Shown one piece after another: positions 36,988 to 45,206 of a stretch of DNA of 45,790 nucleotides; the stretch's first letter is position 1; each line of letters starts with the position of its first letter. Position numbers and translations under genes: made by a program. The notes under the pieces were generated by a model. The model made no database searches and was not told where the DNA came from. It was given only the letters and a program-made list of their open reading frames with translations. The DNA is taken from IMG/VR virus record IMGVR_UViG_3300012167_000015, positions 1-45,790 of that record. One strand, 5' to 3'. Origin of the DNA: a virus. Its lineage: Duplodnaviria > Caudoviricetes.

Positions 36988-38421
36988 TCAGAAGTTCGAG
37001 ATCGACACGGGCTCGTAGAACTCCACCAGCCCCTCCCCGACCGACACCGGAGGCACGTAGTAGGCCAGCAGCAGCGCGTCGGCGTCATCCGGGGAACGGC
37101 CCAGCCGCTTGCGGGTCTCCGCCTTCGGTTCCACCTTCACCCGGCCCTTCGAGTCGAGCGTGTACTTCGGGGCGGTCAGCTGGGCGACCGTGTCGTCATC
37201 CAGCCCGCCGAGATCCCACGCCTGATGCTCGGAGGCCTCGCGGCCCACCCCCCACCACAACTGGTCACGCAGCAGCGGCCACCTCGCCGGATCGGTAGAT
37301 GCCTCGCCGACGTTCACCGGATGGACGATGGCGGCATGGGTGCCTTCGGTGCGGAGCTCGACCAGCCGGCCCCACACGCCCCAGCCCCAGCCGATCACGT
37401 CGACCTTCACCGAGGTGGCGCCGGTCGCGTGGATGCATTGGACGACCAGGCCGACGACCTCCATCGGGTCCCGGGACTGGTTGCGCCACACCCGGCCCAC
37501 TGCCGGGCCGCGGCGCTCCCGGATCACCGTCTCGTCGCCACCCGCCCCGACGTCGACACCAAGCTCCACTGGCCCGTCGCCGGGCAGGGGCTGCTCGAGG
37601 TTGCGGCACGCCTCCGCCCAGGACAGGGGGACGACGGTGTCGTCGGCGTTCTCCGGGAACTCCCCGAGCACCTTCGACTGGTACAGCGGTGACTGCTCAC
37701 CCCACCGGCGCTTGGCGTCCTCCACCCACTCCCTCGACGGGAGCAGCTCGAGGAGGCCGGCCGGCACGGGCTCGCCGGTGAATGCCGGCGTGTCGAAGCT
37801 TGACACCCCGATGACCTGCCAGCCCGAGTTGGGACGGCACACCTTCGCGAACTCGCTGGAGGGGTCGTCAGGGTTGCCGATCGCCACGATCCGGCAGTGC
37901 TCGTTGGTGGTGATCGCCTCGACTGCGGTCCACAGCTGGGCGGGGATGCCGCAGGCCTCGTCGATGATGACGAGCACGTAGCGGCGGTGGATGCCCTGGA
38001 AGGTGTGCGGGTTGTAGTCGGCCGGTTTGCGGCCCATGCCGACGAGGACCTTGCCGATGCGCCACCGGTTGTCGAGCCCCACCTCGCCGGGAAGCTCCCC
38101 GTGGCGGTGGGCCGCCCGGATCTCTTCCCACAGGATCGCCCCGACCTGGTCGTTGGTGGGGGCGGTGGAGACGACGATGGCTTCACCGACGGGGTGGACG
38201 TCGGTCCACCAGGCGGCCAGCTGGGCGACGATGAAGGACTTGCCGATGCCGTGGCTGCTCTTCACGGCGACGCGGCGGTGGTCGACGACGGCCTGGGCGA
38301 TCTCCCGCTGCTTGGACCACAGGAACCCTCGGAGCCGGTCGGAGACCCAGCCGACGGGGTTGCCGAGGAACTTGGAGGCGACCGGGTAGATGCGGTCGAG
38401 GACGGCGCCGGCGAAGCTCAT
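36988..38421 (-). CDS. terL: Terminase large subunit
   Basis: SHGIGKS Walker A, IIDEA Walker B, IGNP, GVDVG and RSPDDADA nuclease motifs; GGAGG RBS before ATG 38421. Confidence 0.95.
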   Translation of the reverse strand: MSFAGAVLDRIYPVASKFLGNPVGWVSDRLRGFLWSKQREIAQAVVDHRRVAVKSSHGIGKSFIVAQLAAWWTDVHPVGEAIVVSTAPTNDQVGAILWEEIRAAHRHGELPGEVGLDNRWRIGKVLVGMGRKPADYNPHTFQGIHRRYVLVIIDEACGIPAQLWTAVEAITTNEHCRIVAIGNPDDPSSEFAKVCRPNSGWQVIGVSSFDTPAFTGEPVPAGLLELLPSREWVEDAKRRWGEQSPLYQSKVLGEFPENADDTVVPLSWAEACRNLEQPLPGDGPVELGVDVGAGGDETVIRERRGPAVGRVWRNQSRDPMEVVGLVVQCIHATGATSVKVDVIGWGWGVWGRLVELRTEGTHAAIVHPVNVGEASTDPARWPLLRDQLWWGVGREASEHQAWDLGGLDDDTVAQLTAPKYTLDSKGRVKVEPKAETRKRLGRSPDDADALLLAYYVPPVSVGEGLVEFYEPVSISNF

Positions 38422-38445
38422 GGCCACCTCCGCCGGGAACGGGAA

Positions 38446-38477
38446 GAGCCGCCGGCCCCAAAGGGACACGACGGCTC
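38446..38477 (-). terminator. Leader hairpin / attenuator upstream of terL
   Basis: Minus strand GAGCCGTCG..TCCC-TTT-GGGG..CGGCGGCTC followed by TTCCCGTT. Confidence 0.5.
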
Positions 38478-38489
38478 ACTTAGTGCGCG

Positions 38490-38518
38490 ATCATGACGCA
38501 TTGGGCACGGCGTGTCAA
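38490..38518 (-). promoter_or_regulatory. Putative late promoter
   Basis: Minus strand TTGACA (38518-38513)-17 nt-CATGAT (38495-38490). Confidence 0.7.
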
Positions 38519-38572
38519 GCATCCCCCGTGGCGCCCGGGTTCCCGGGCCGTGCCCAACCGATTCCGACGGAA

Positions 38573-39202
38573 TCACGCCGACCCTGTGGGCTGCAGGAGC
38601 TCCTGGGGTGACCGGCCCCGTTCCATCGCCTCCCGCAACGACACCCGCCGGGCGATGATCCACGGGCCCTTCTCCGGTTTCCCGACCCGGTCCCACGCCG
38701 ACCGGCACGCCGGGCAGAGGCCGGCCCGCAGGCGGTCGTTGGTGGTCCCGTTGGCGGGGTCGTTGCCGGTGACGCCGGGCCGGCAGAACCGGTCGCAGCA
38801 CACGCAGGTGCCGGTGCCGGCCGGGAGCTCGTCGACGTTGTCGCCGTGGGCGAGGAGCTGGGCGACCTGTTCTTCGATGTCGAGCCCGGTCTTCCAGAGG
38901 AGGCGGAGGGTTCGTGCGAGGCGCCGGTCGGCGCCGTCGAACCGGCCCGGCCGGGGAACCTCCTGGTCGACGCCGGCAGCACGTTCAACGGAGGTGGTGG
39001 TGTCTGAGCTCCGGACCCCGGTGCCGTCACCCGCCACGCCGGCGGGGTAGCCGCGGGCGGAGAAGAGGGCAGCGAGGTCGACGGCCCGACCCCCGTCGCT
39101 CTCCAACAGCTTGGCGACCTCCCGCAGGTAACGGGCCAGCTGCTTCGGCCGCGGATGGGACGGCAGCCCGATGCTGTCGAGGGTGCGGTCGGTCACGGTC
39201 AT
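38573..39202 (-). CDS. Hypothetical Cys-containing protein, candidate late-gene regulator
   Basis: CVCC...LRAGLCPACRSAW; last gene before the late promoter. Confidence 0.6.
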   Translation of the reverse strand: MTVTDRTLDSIGLPSHPRPKQLARYLREVAKLLESDGGRAVDLAALFSARGYPAGVAGDGTGVRSSDTTTSVERAAGVDQEVPRPGRFDGADRRLARTLRLLWKTGLDIEEQVAQLLAHGDNVDELPAGTGTCVCCDRFCRPGVTGNDPANGTTNDRLRAGLCPACRSAWDRVGKPEKGPWIIARRVSLREAMERGRSPQELLQPTGSA

Positions 39203-39408
39203 TCAGCGCCCTCCTGGGCATGGTCGAGCTCGGCGATGGCGTCGAGCACCTGGGGGTGAGCAGCAAGGCGGTAGACGGCCGCGTCTTGAGGGCCCAGAGC
39301 CTGAGATGCTTCGAGGGCGCGCATGGAGATCCCGATCTTGCGGATCATCAAGCCGAATCGACGGCCCGCCTCCGCGCCCGTGGCGGGGCCGATGTCACGT
39401 GGCTCCAT
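39199..39408 (-). CDS. Hypothetical protein
   Basis: Overlapping ORF in the operon; supplies the GGAGG RBS for the next gene. Confidence 0.55.
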   Translation of the reverse strand: MEPRDIGPATGAEAGRRFGLMIRKIGISMRALEASQALGPQDAAVYRLAAHPQVLDAIAELDHAQEGAE

Positions 39409-40051
39409 CGGTCACCTCGGTCACCTCGAGCACCGGCACCGGCGCCCCATCCAGCACCGGCAGCCAACCCTCCAACAGCCGGCGCACCAGCTCGTCCTCC
39501 AGCCGGTGCCCCAGACCGGTGAGCACCCCCACCAGCACGGTCCGGACGAGCTCGGCCCTGGCCTCCTCGAGACTCACCTTCCGCTCCTCGAACCCGAGCC
39601 GCACCCAGTCCGTCAGATACTTCCGGGCCTCCGCCATCGCATCCGTGTACAGCCGCACCCGGGCATCCAGATGCTCCGCGCCCTTGTCATCCGTGAACCG
39701 GTATGCCGCCTTCAGGTCAGCCACCACGTTCGCCAGATGGTCCTTCCACGCCAGCTGCTCCGCCGCCAGCTCCGCCAACGCGTCGAGCGGGTTGTCGACC
39801 GGCGCGACCACCACGTGGGCGATCGACTCGCGGGCCTGCCCCTCCGCCAACCGGCGCGCCGCCGCCCGCTTCGCCTGCGGTGACCGGCCCCCGTGAGACC
39901 CACACACCCGCTGCCCCCGCATCGGTGGCAGCCGGCACGGCCGCAACGGCTCCCCCGGCTCATCGACATGGCCGCGGCATCCGGCCTCGTGCACCCGCCC
40001 GCACCGCTCGCACGCCCCGGTGACGGGTGCCTGAGCTTCGACAGCGGTCAC
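39395..40051 (-). CDS. Terminase small subunit-like protein (HGG motif)
   Basis: C...PC..PPMRGQRVCGSHGGRSPQAKRAAARR and VDNPLDALAELA, typical of actinophage TerS-like proteins. Confidence 0.7.
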   Translation of the reverse strand: MTAVEAQAPVTGACERCGRVHEAGCRGHVDEPGEPLRPCRLPPMRGQRVCGSHGGRSPQAKRAAARRLAEGQARESIAHVVVAPVDNPLDALAELAAEQLAWKDHLANVVADLKAAYRFTDDKGAEHLDARVRLYTDAMAEARKYLTDWVRLGFEERKVSLEEARAELVRTVLVGVLTGLGHRLEDELVRRLLEGWLPVLDGAPVPVLEVTEVTDGAT

Positions 40052-40070
40052 GGGTGCACCTCGGCGTGAA

Positions 40071-40251
40071 GTTGAACGGGTTGAACGGGTTGAACGGGGG
40101 GTGCGGGGTCTCCGTAGGGAGGTCGGGTGTGTGAGAGAGAGTGATCTCTCATCGCGCTTCTAGGTTCAACCCGTTCAACCCGTTCAACTGGTCTCGGGAT
40201 CATGCGTTTTCGACCTCCTCAGGGTCGGTGCGGCCGTTCAACCCGTTCAAC
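40071..40251. repeat. Iteron array, putative replication origin
   Basis: GTTGAACGG x3 (40071-40097) and inverted (CC)GTTCAAC x3 (40164-40188) and x2 (40234-40251), at the 3' end of the primase gene. Confidence 0.8.
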
Positions 40252-42776
40252 AGGGTTCGGGCGTACGGGTGGAGCAGGTAGCGCTGGCCGGTCTTGCCTC
40301 GGCCACGGCGGACTTCGATGGGTTCACCGTCGTCGGTGCGCATCCAGTCGTGGTCGACGAGGGCTTGGAGGGCGGCGGTGAGAGGCGGGTCGTCGCGGAA
40401 GCGGTTGAGGGCGGCGGCGATGTCGCGCCGGGAGAAGGTGCCGTCGGTGTACTCGAGGGCCCATGTGATGATGGTGTGGGCGTCGTCGACGGCGCGGTCT
40501 TCTCGCCACATCCGGTGGATGGTGAGGGCGTGCTGGAGCCAGTAGTCGCCGATGGCGATGGCGCGGCGGAGGGTGGGGTGGTCGACGGGCTGGTTGGCGG
40601 CCTGGCCGTCGGCGATGTGGAGGAGGCCGGCGACTCGGAGCACGGTTCCTTCGAGCTTGCCGGTCCATTCGGCGACGTGGCGGAGGTCGCCGTCGGGGGT
40701 GCGCCGGGCTTCGAGGGTTTGGCGCCACATGCCGTAGTGGGCGGCGGCGTCGGGGGCGAGGCGGAGGTCGGCTGGCATGAGAGCGTGGGCGTAGCGCCGG
40801 CCGATGGTGATGAGCTGTTCGCTGTAGCCGAGCCGGACCAGGGCGTTGTGGTCGCGGGGTTTGGTGAGGTCGCGGCGGCCGACGAGGTCGGTGGGGAGGG
40901 CGTACATGAAGCGTGCGGTGAGGCCGCGGCCGGCGAGCTCGGGCCGGTCGGCGAGGGCTCGAAGGACGTCGGGTTGGACGGCGAGGGCGACGGTGACGAT
41001 GGGGTGCGGGATGTGGATGGGTGGCCGGCCGATACGGTCGACGCGGATCGAGTCGGATGACCAGGCTTTGAGGTACACGTCAAGGTTGGCGCGGCCGTCG
41101 CTGTAGCGGCCGGTCATGAGCTCGAAGAGGCCGCCTTCGGTGGAGGCGATGGTGATGCGGCCGCCGTTGGTGGCGAGCACGGCGGTGAGGGCTTCGGGGG
41201 TGGCGTCGTCGGAGAGGAGCCGGGGCGACGCTGGGGTTTCGTGGTTGTCGACGTCGAGGAAGGCGCGCACGGCGGCGTCGATGTCGACGGGTTCGCCGGT
41301 CTTGGCGGCTTTGGTCTCGAGGTCCTTGGCGCGTTTCTCGGCGATCTTCTTGCGTTGGGCGGCTTCGGCGGCGGCGGTCTTGTGGCTGGCGACCAGCTCG
41401 GCTTCGAGCTCTTCGACGGGGGCGAGCATGGCCTTGGCGGCGGGGGACTTCCCGGAGCTGGGGGGCATGGCGACGGCGAGGTACAGGTTCAGTTGTTCGA
41501 CCCAGCCGTCGGCGACGGTGAGCCTGGCTTTGCCGGCGACGACGGTGGCGAGGGCGCCGATGGCGAGGAGGGCGGGGAGGTCGACGGGGACTTGCAGCTG
41601 GCGGGCGACGTCGTCGACCTGCCGGGTCATCCAGGACGGGAGGGTGTCGAGGGGAAACCGGGGGAGGTTGGCGATGGTGACGCCGAACGGCCGCGGGTCT
41701 GGCCACTCCCCTGCTCCCTCCCCGCCGGCCAGGACGGCCAGGCCGTCCTCGTCGACGAGCACGAGGTCCTCGAGCGGGGGGCCGTGCCCGTCGGCTCGGG
41801 CGGCGAGCGCAGCCGCCTGCCGGTCGCCTCCGTGGTGGAGGATCGCCCAGGCGCCGAACCGGTCGTAGGAGGTGGGTGACAGCTCGAACCCGGCGACGGA
41901 GGAGGAGTGGACGATGAGCCGGTCGGTGCCTGTGGCGTTCACCGTCGCGCTGTGGCCGTCCTTGGTTTGCTTTCCGGGGCGGGTCCAGTGGTCGACCTCT
42001 GCGCTGCGGTGGCTGAAGGTCCAGCCTTCGGGTTCGAGGAGCTGGGGCCAGGTGGTGGCGTCGTTGAACGCGGCGGCGGTGGCGTCCATCCACGAGTCGC
42101 CGTTGCCGACGTTCAGAGATTTCTGAATTTTCGTAGGCGCCGGCCGTTCGACGGGCATCTGGTCGAAGGTGCGGGCGACCGTGAGGAGCTGGTTGCGCTC
42201 CTCGAGGGTGACGGTGGTGACCTGGTCGAGGCCGCCGCGTCGGAGGACCCACGGCTTGCCGGTGCTGTGGGCCCCGCCGTTGGAGGGGGCGACGACGACG
42301 AACCCGCCTTCGCCGCGGGTTTCGATGAGGACCTTGACGGGCTCCTTGGGGTTCTCGGCGAGCTCATCGTCGGTGGCGGGCCGGCGGGCGAGCTTCTGGT
42401 TGCCGTCGACGGGCCTGTCGCAGCGGTACAGGAGGTGGAGGCCACCGCCGGGGGTTTCTTCGGCGTAGCCGGCGATGACCTGGTCGAGGACCTCGCCGAT
42501 GCCGGCGGTCGCGCAGGCTTCCCGGTAGAGGGGGAACAGGTGGAGGGCGCGGCCTTCGAACTCGAGGAGCTCGAGGTTCCCGGAGACGGTCCCGCAGACG
42601 AGGCCGAGGGCGTCGCGGCCGGCGAAGGTGGCGTCGACCTCCGCCGGCGTGGGCGGGTCGGTCATGCGGTGCTTCCATCGGCCGTTGGGCCGTTTGGTGC
42701 CGTCGACCTTGATGGGGATGGGGCTGTAGCCGTGGGCGATTGCCTGCCTGGCGGCCTCGAGGATCTCGGCGTTCAT
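40200..42776 (-). CDS. Bifunctional primase-polymerase fused to DUF3987/YfjI-like helicase
   Basis: GYSPIPI..KRP, ETPGGGLHL, ETRGEGGFVV (Prim-Pol); HWTRPGK; PPSSGKS, DDATPEAL, RGLTARF. Alternative start at 42788. Confidence 0.92.
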   Translation of the reverse strand: MNAEILEAARQAIAHGYSPIPIKVDGTKRPNGRWKHRMTDPPTPAEVDATFAGRDALGLVCGTVSGNLELLEFEGRALHLFPLYREACATAGIGEVLDQVIAGYAEETPGGGLHLLYRCDRPVDGNQKLARRPATDDELAENPKEPVKVLIETRGEGGFVVVAPSNGGAHSTGKPWVLRRGGLDQVTTVTLEERNQLLTVARTFDQMPVERPAPTKIQKSLNVGNGDSWMDATAAAFNDATTWPQLLEPEGWTFSHRSAEVDHWTRPGKQTKDGHSATVNATGTDRLIVHSSSVAGFELSPTSYDRFGAWAILHHGGDRQAAALAARADGHGPPLEDLVLVDEDGLAVLAGGEGAGEWPDPRPFGVTIANLPRFPLDTLPSWMTRQVDDVARQLQVPVDLPALLAIGALATVVAGKARLTVADGWVEQLNLYLAVAMPPSSGKSPAAKAMLAPVEELEAELVASHKTAAAEAAQRKKIAEKRAKDLETKAAKTGEPVDIDAAVRAFLDVDNHETPASPRLLSDDATPEALTAVLATNGGRITIASTEGGLFELMTGRYSDGRANLDVYLKAWSSDSIRVDRIGRPPIHIPHPIVTVALAVQPDVLRALADRPELAGRGLTARFMYALPTDLVGRRDLTKPRDHNALVRLGYSEQLITIGRRYAHALMPADLRLAPDAAAHYGMWRQTLEARRTPDGDLRHVAEWTGKLEGTVLRVAGLLHIADGQAANQPVDHPTLRRAIAIGDYWLQHALTIHRMWREDRAVDDAHTIITWALEYTDGTFSRRDIAAALNRFRDDPPLTAALQALVDHDWMRTDDGEPIEVRRGRGKTGQRYLLHPYARTLLNGLNGRTDPEEVENA

Positions 42777-42871
42777 CCCCAGCACCACCCACAGGGCGTG
42801 GACGAACTACAGACGTGTGATTCGCCGAGAATCCGCCCTGGGGCCCGAGCTGGCACGGCGATACCCTCGGG

Positions 42872-43831
42872 TCAGCGGGCGCCGACGAGGCGATCGGCGA
42901 GCCGATGCTCGGGGCTGCAGTAGAGCCGGGGCCGCCCGGGCTTCCCGGTGGGGGCGATGACGGCGTCGCAGGTGGCGAGCCGGCACGTGCGCACCCCGGG
43001 GGTGGGGGCCTTGAGCCGGATCTCGATGGGGACGGTGATGAGTTCGAGCTGGTCGGTCTCGTGTTCCCGGTGGGAGGTGGAGAACAAGACGTCGCGCTTG
43101 GCGTCGGGGCAGAGCCGGCACGACACGCAGGCGCCGACGCCGCCGGCCATCAGCGGGATGCGTTCGGCGTTCTCCGGGCAGACGAGGTGGGGCCGGTCGG
43201 GGGCGAGGGCCCGGGCGCTCGAGTAGTCGACGTCGCAGAGCGCCAGCAGCACGTCGGGGTGCTCGCCGACCCGCTCGAGGGCCTGGTCGATGTTGTGCGG
43301 GTCGGCCGACAGGTAGAGGGCGAGGTTGTCGATGCCGGCGAGGATCGGGATCACGTCGACGGGGTCGACGAAGGAGCGGGTGTAGGTCCAGAACCGGATG
43401 TCGGGTGAGGTGGTGATGACGGCGCGCCAGGCCCGGGCGTAGTCGAGGCTGTAGAAGTCGCCGTCCCAGTGGATGCGGAAGATCCGCTCGGCGTCGGTGA
43501 GACCTCGACGTTGGGCTTCGGTGCGGTACCGGCCGACGGCCTCGGCGAGGAGCGCTGCCATGCTCTCGACGGTGCCGGCCTGCTCGAGGAGCATCAGGTT
43601 GTGGTCGACGAGCTCGGCGACACCGGGCCAACCGGGTTCGAGGTGGGCGGCGTAGCAGGACACACAGAAGTCGGTGGCGCCCGGGCAGCTGGCGCCGGCG
43701 GGAAGCCCGAAGCTGTTGGGGATGGTGGCCACCCATCGCTTCCTGGAGGCCTGCCACAGGCCGCGCGGGGACACCTTGCGGTCGTGGCTGAGCTTCAGCC
43801 ACCGGTCGTCCTGGTGCCCGCGCATGCTCAC
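42872..43831 (-). CDS. GP88-family protein (radical-SAM-like Cys motif)
   Basis: SFGLPAGASCPGATDFCVSCYA, FRIHWDGDFYS, FWTYTRS, CVSCRLC; C-terminal GRPRLYCS finger. Confidence 0.8.
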   Translation of the reverse strand: MSMRGHQDDRWLKLSHDRKVSPRGLWQASRKRWVATIPNSFGLPAGASCPGATDFCVSCYAAHLEPGWPGVAELVDHNLMLLEQAGTVESMAALLAEAVGRYRTEAQRRGLTDAERIFRIHWDGDFYSLDYARAWRAVITTSPDIRFWTYTRSFVDPVDVIPILAGIDNLALYLSADPHNIDQALERVGEHPDVLLALCDVDYSSARALAPDRPHLVCPENAERIPLMAGGVGACVSCRLCPDAKRDVLFSTSHREHETDQLELITVPIEIRLKAPTPGVRTCRLATCDAVIAPTGKPGRPRLYCSPEHRLADRLVGAR

Positions 43832-44124
43832 GTCGGGGAGGTCTCCCCCGTCGCACTCGTGGTCGACCCCCAGCCGTCGCCGAGCTTGAGGTTCTCGATC
43901 TTCCCGCCCACAGCAGCGGGGGTGGGCTGGTGGCCGGGCAGTGGGGAGACCTTCCGGGGCGGGTCAGCAGAGAGGATGGCCGCCTTGGTGCACGGCTCGC
44001 ACAGGAACCGGGTCTCCCATGGCGCGTTGGTGCCGCCGGGCTTGATGCGGCGTTCCTGGACCTCGAGGGTGGCGTCGGTGCGCCTGCACCCGTCGCAGCG
44101 GTGACGGATCGACGTGGCCATCAC
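43828..44124 (-). CDS. Small zinc-finger protein
   Basis: RCDGC...LCEPC; coupled on both sides. Confidence 0.65.
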   Translation of the reverse strand: MMATSIRHRCDGCRRTDATLEVQERRIKPGGTNAPWETRFLCEPCTKAAILSADPPRKVSPLPGHQPTPAAVGGKIENLKLGDGWGSTTSATGETSPT

Positions 44125-45206
44125 GACGTCCGGACGGGCATCAGGAGGAGCGTGTACGGCTCCTCGCGGACGACGGCGGGCTTGAGCGCGTCGACGAGCT
44201 CGAGCGTCACCTGCTCGCCGTGGCAGGTGGTGATGACGTCGAGGAGGTAGCGGGCGTTGAACGCGACGGTGACCGGCAGGCGGGCGCCGTCCCCGTCGAC
44301 GTTGAGGGTGGTGGCAACCTGGCCGACGTCCTGGGTGAACGCCTGGACGGTGGCGTGGCCGTCGTCGTCGCAGCTGAGCCGCACCGGGGTGGAGTCGGCG
44401 CAGAGCGCAGCGGCGGTCCGTACCGCTGTGACCAGCTGGGCACGGTTGAACGTCCACCGGGTGAGTGCGGCCGTCGGGATGAGTCGGCTGTAGGGCGGGA
44501 ACTCGCCGGTGATGCGGTCGACCCGGATCTGGACCTCTCCGGCTTCGATCATCAGCTCGTGCTCACCGACGGTGAGGGTGGCGTGCTCGGAGGCGAGGAG
44601 TGTCGGGAGGAACCGGATCGCTCGGGCCGGCAGCAGCACGTCACCGTCGAGGTGCTCGACGGTGATCGGGGCCGTCCACGAGGCGATCGCGAGCCGGTAC
44701 GTGTCGGTGGCGGCGACTTCTTCGGCGCCCAGGCGGATGCCGGTGAGGATCGGGCGGGCGTCGTCGGCGGATGCGTAGTTGGCGACGTGGCGGATCCGGT
44801 CGATGTCGCCGGCGAAGAGCTTCACGACCTCGCCGTCAGGCACGGCCAGCCTGGGCCAGTCCCCTATGGGCAGGACCCGGAGCTTGGCGGTGGTGGTGCC
44901 CCACTGGAGCGTGAGCTCGTCGTCGCCGGGTTTGAGGGTGATGTTGCCGACGGTGTGCTGGGCGAGCTTCTGGAGGAGCCGGGCGGGCACGACGACGTCG
45001 AGGCGGCCCTCGGCGGGGACGTGGGTGGTCACGGCGAGCTCGATGTCGGTCGCGGTGATGGCGGCGTGGCCGTCGGCGATGGTGATGCGGACGCCGGTGA
45101 GCACGGGCAACGTGGCGCCCCGGCCGGCGGCGGGGGTGACTTGCAGGAGGGCCTGGAGGAGGTGTTGGCGCTTGATCGAAGCGGTGTCGGTGAGCGTGGC
45201 TGTCAT
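44121..45206 (-). CDS. dnaN: DNA polymerase III beta sliding clamp
   Basis: LPVLTGV, ATDIE, DDARPILTG, ATDTYRLA, GEFPPY, FNARYLLD, LLMPVR; 361 aa. Confidence 0.95.
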   Translation of the reverse strand: MTATLTDTASIKRQHLLQALLQVTPAAGRGATLPVLTGVRITIADGHAAITATDIELAVTTHVPAEGRLDVVVPARLLQKLAQHTVGNITLKPGDDELTLQWGTTTAKLRVLPIGDWPRLAVPDGEVVKLFAGDIDRIRHVANYASADDARPILTGIRLGAEEVAATDTYRLAIASWTAPITVEHLDGDVLLPARAIRFLPTLLASEHATLTVGEHELMIEAGEVQIRVDRITGEFPPYSRLIPTAALTRWTFNRAQLVTAVRTAAALCADSTPVRLSCDDDGHATVQAFTQDVGQVATTLNVDGDGARLPVTVAFNARYLLDVITTCHGEQVTLELVDALKPAVVREEPYTLLLMPVRTS

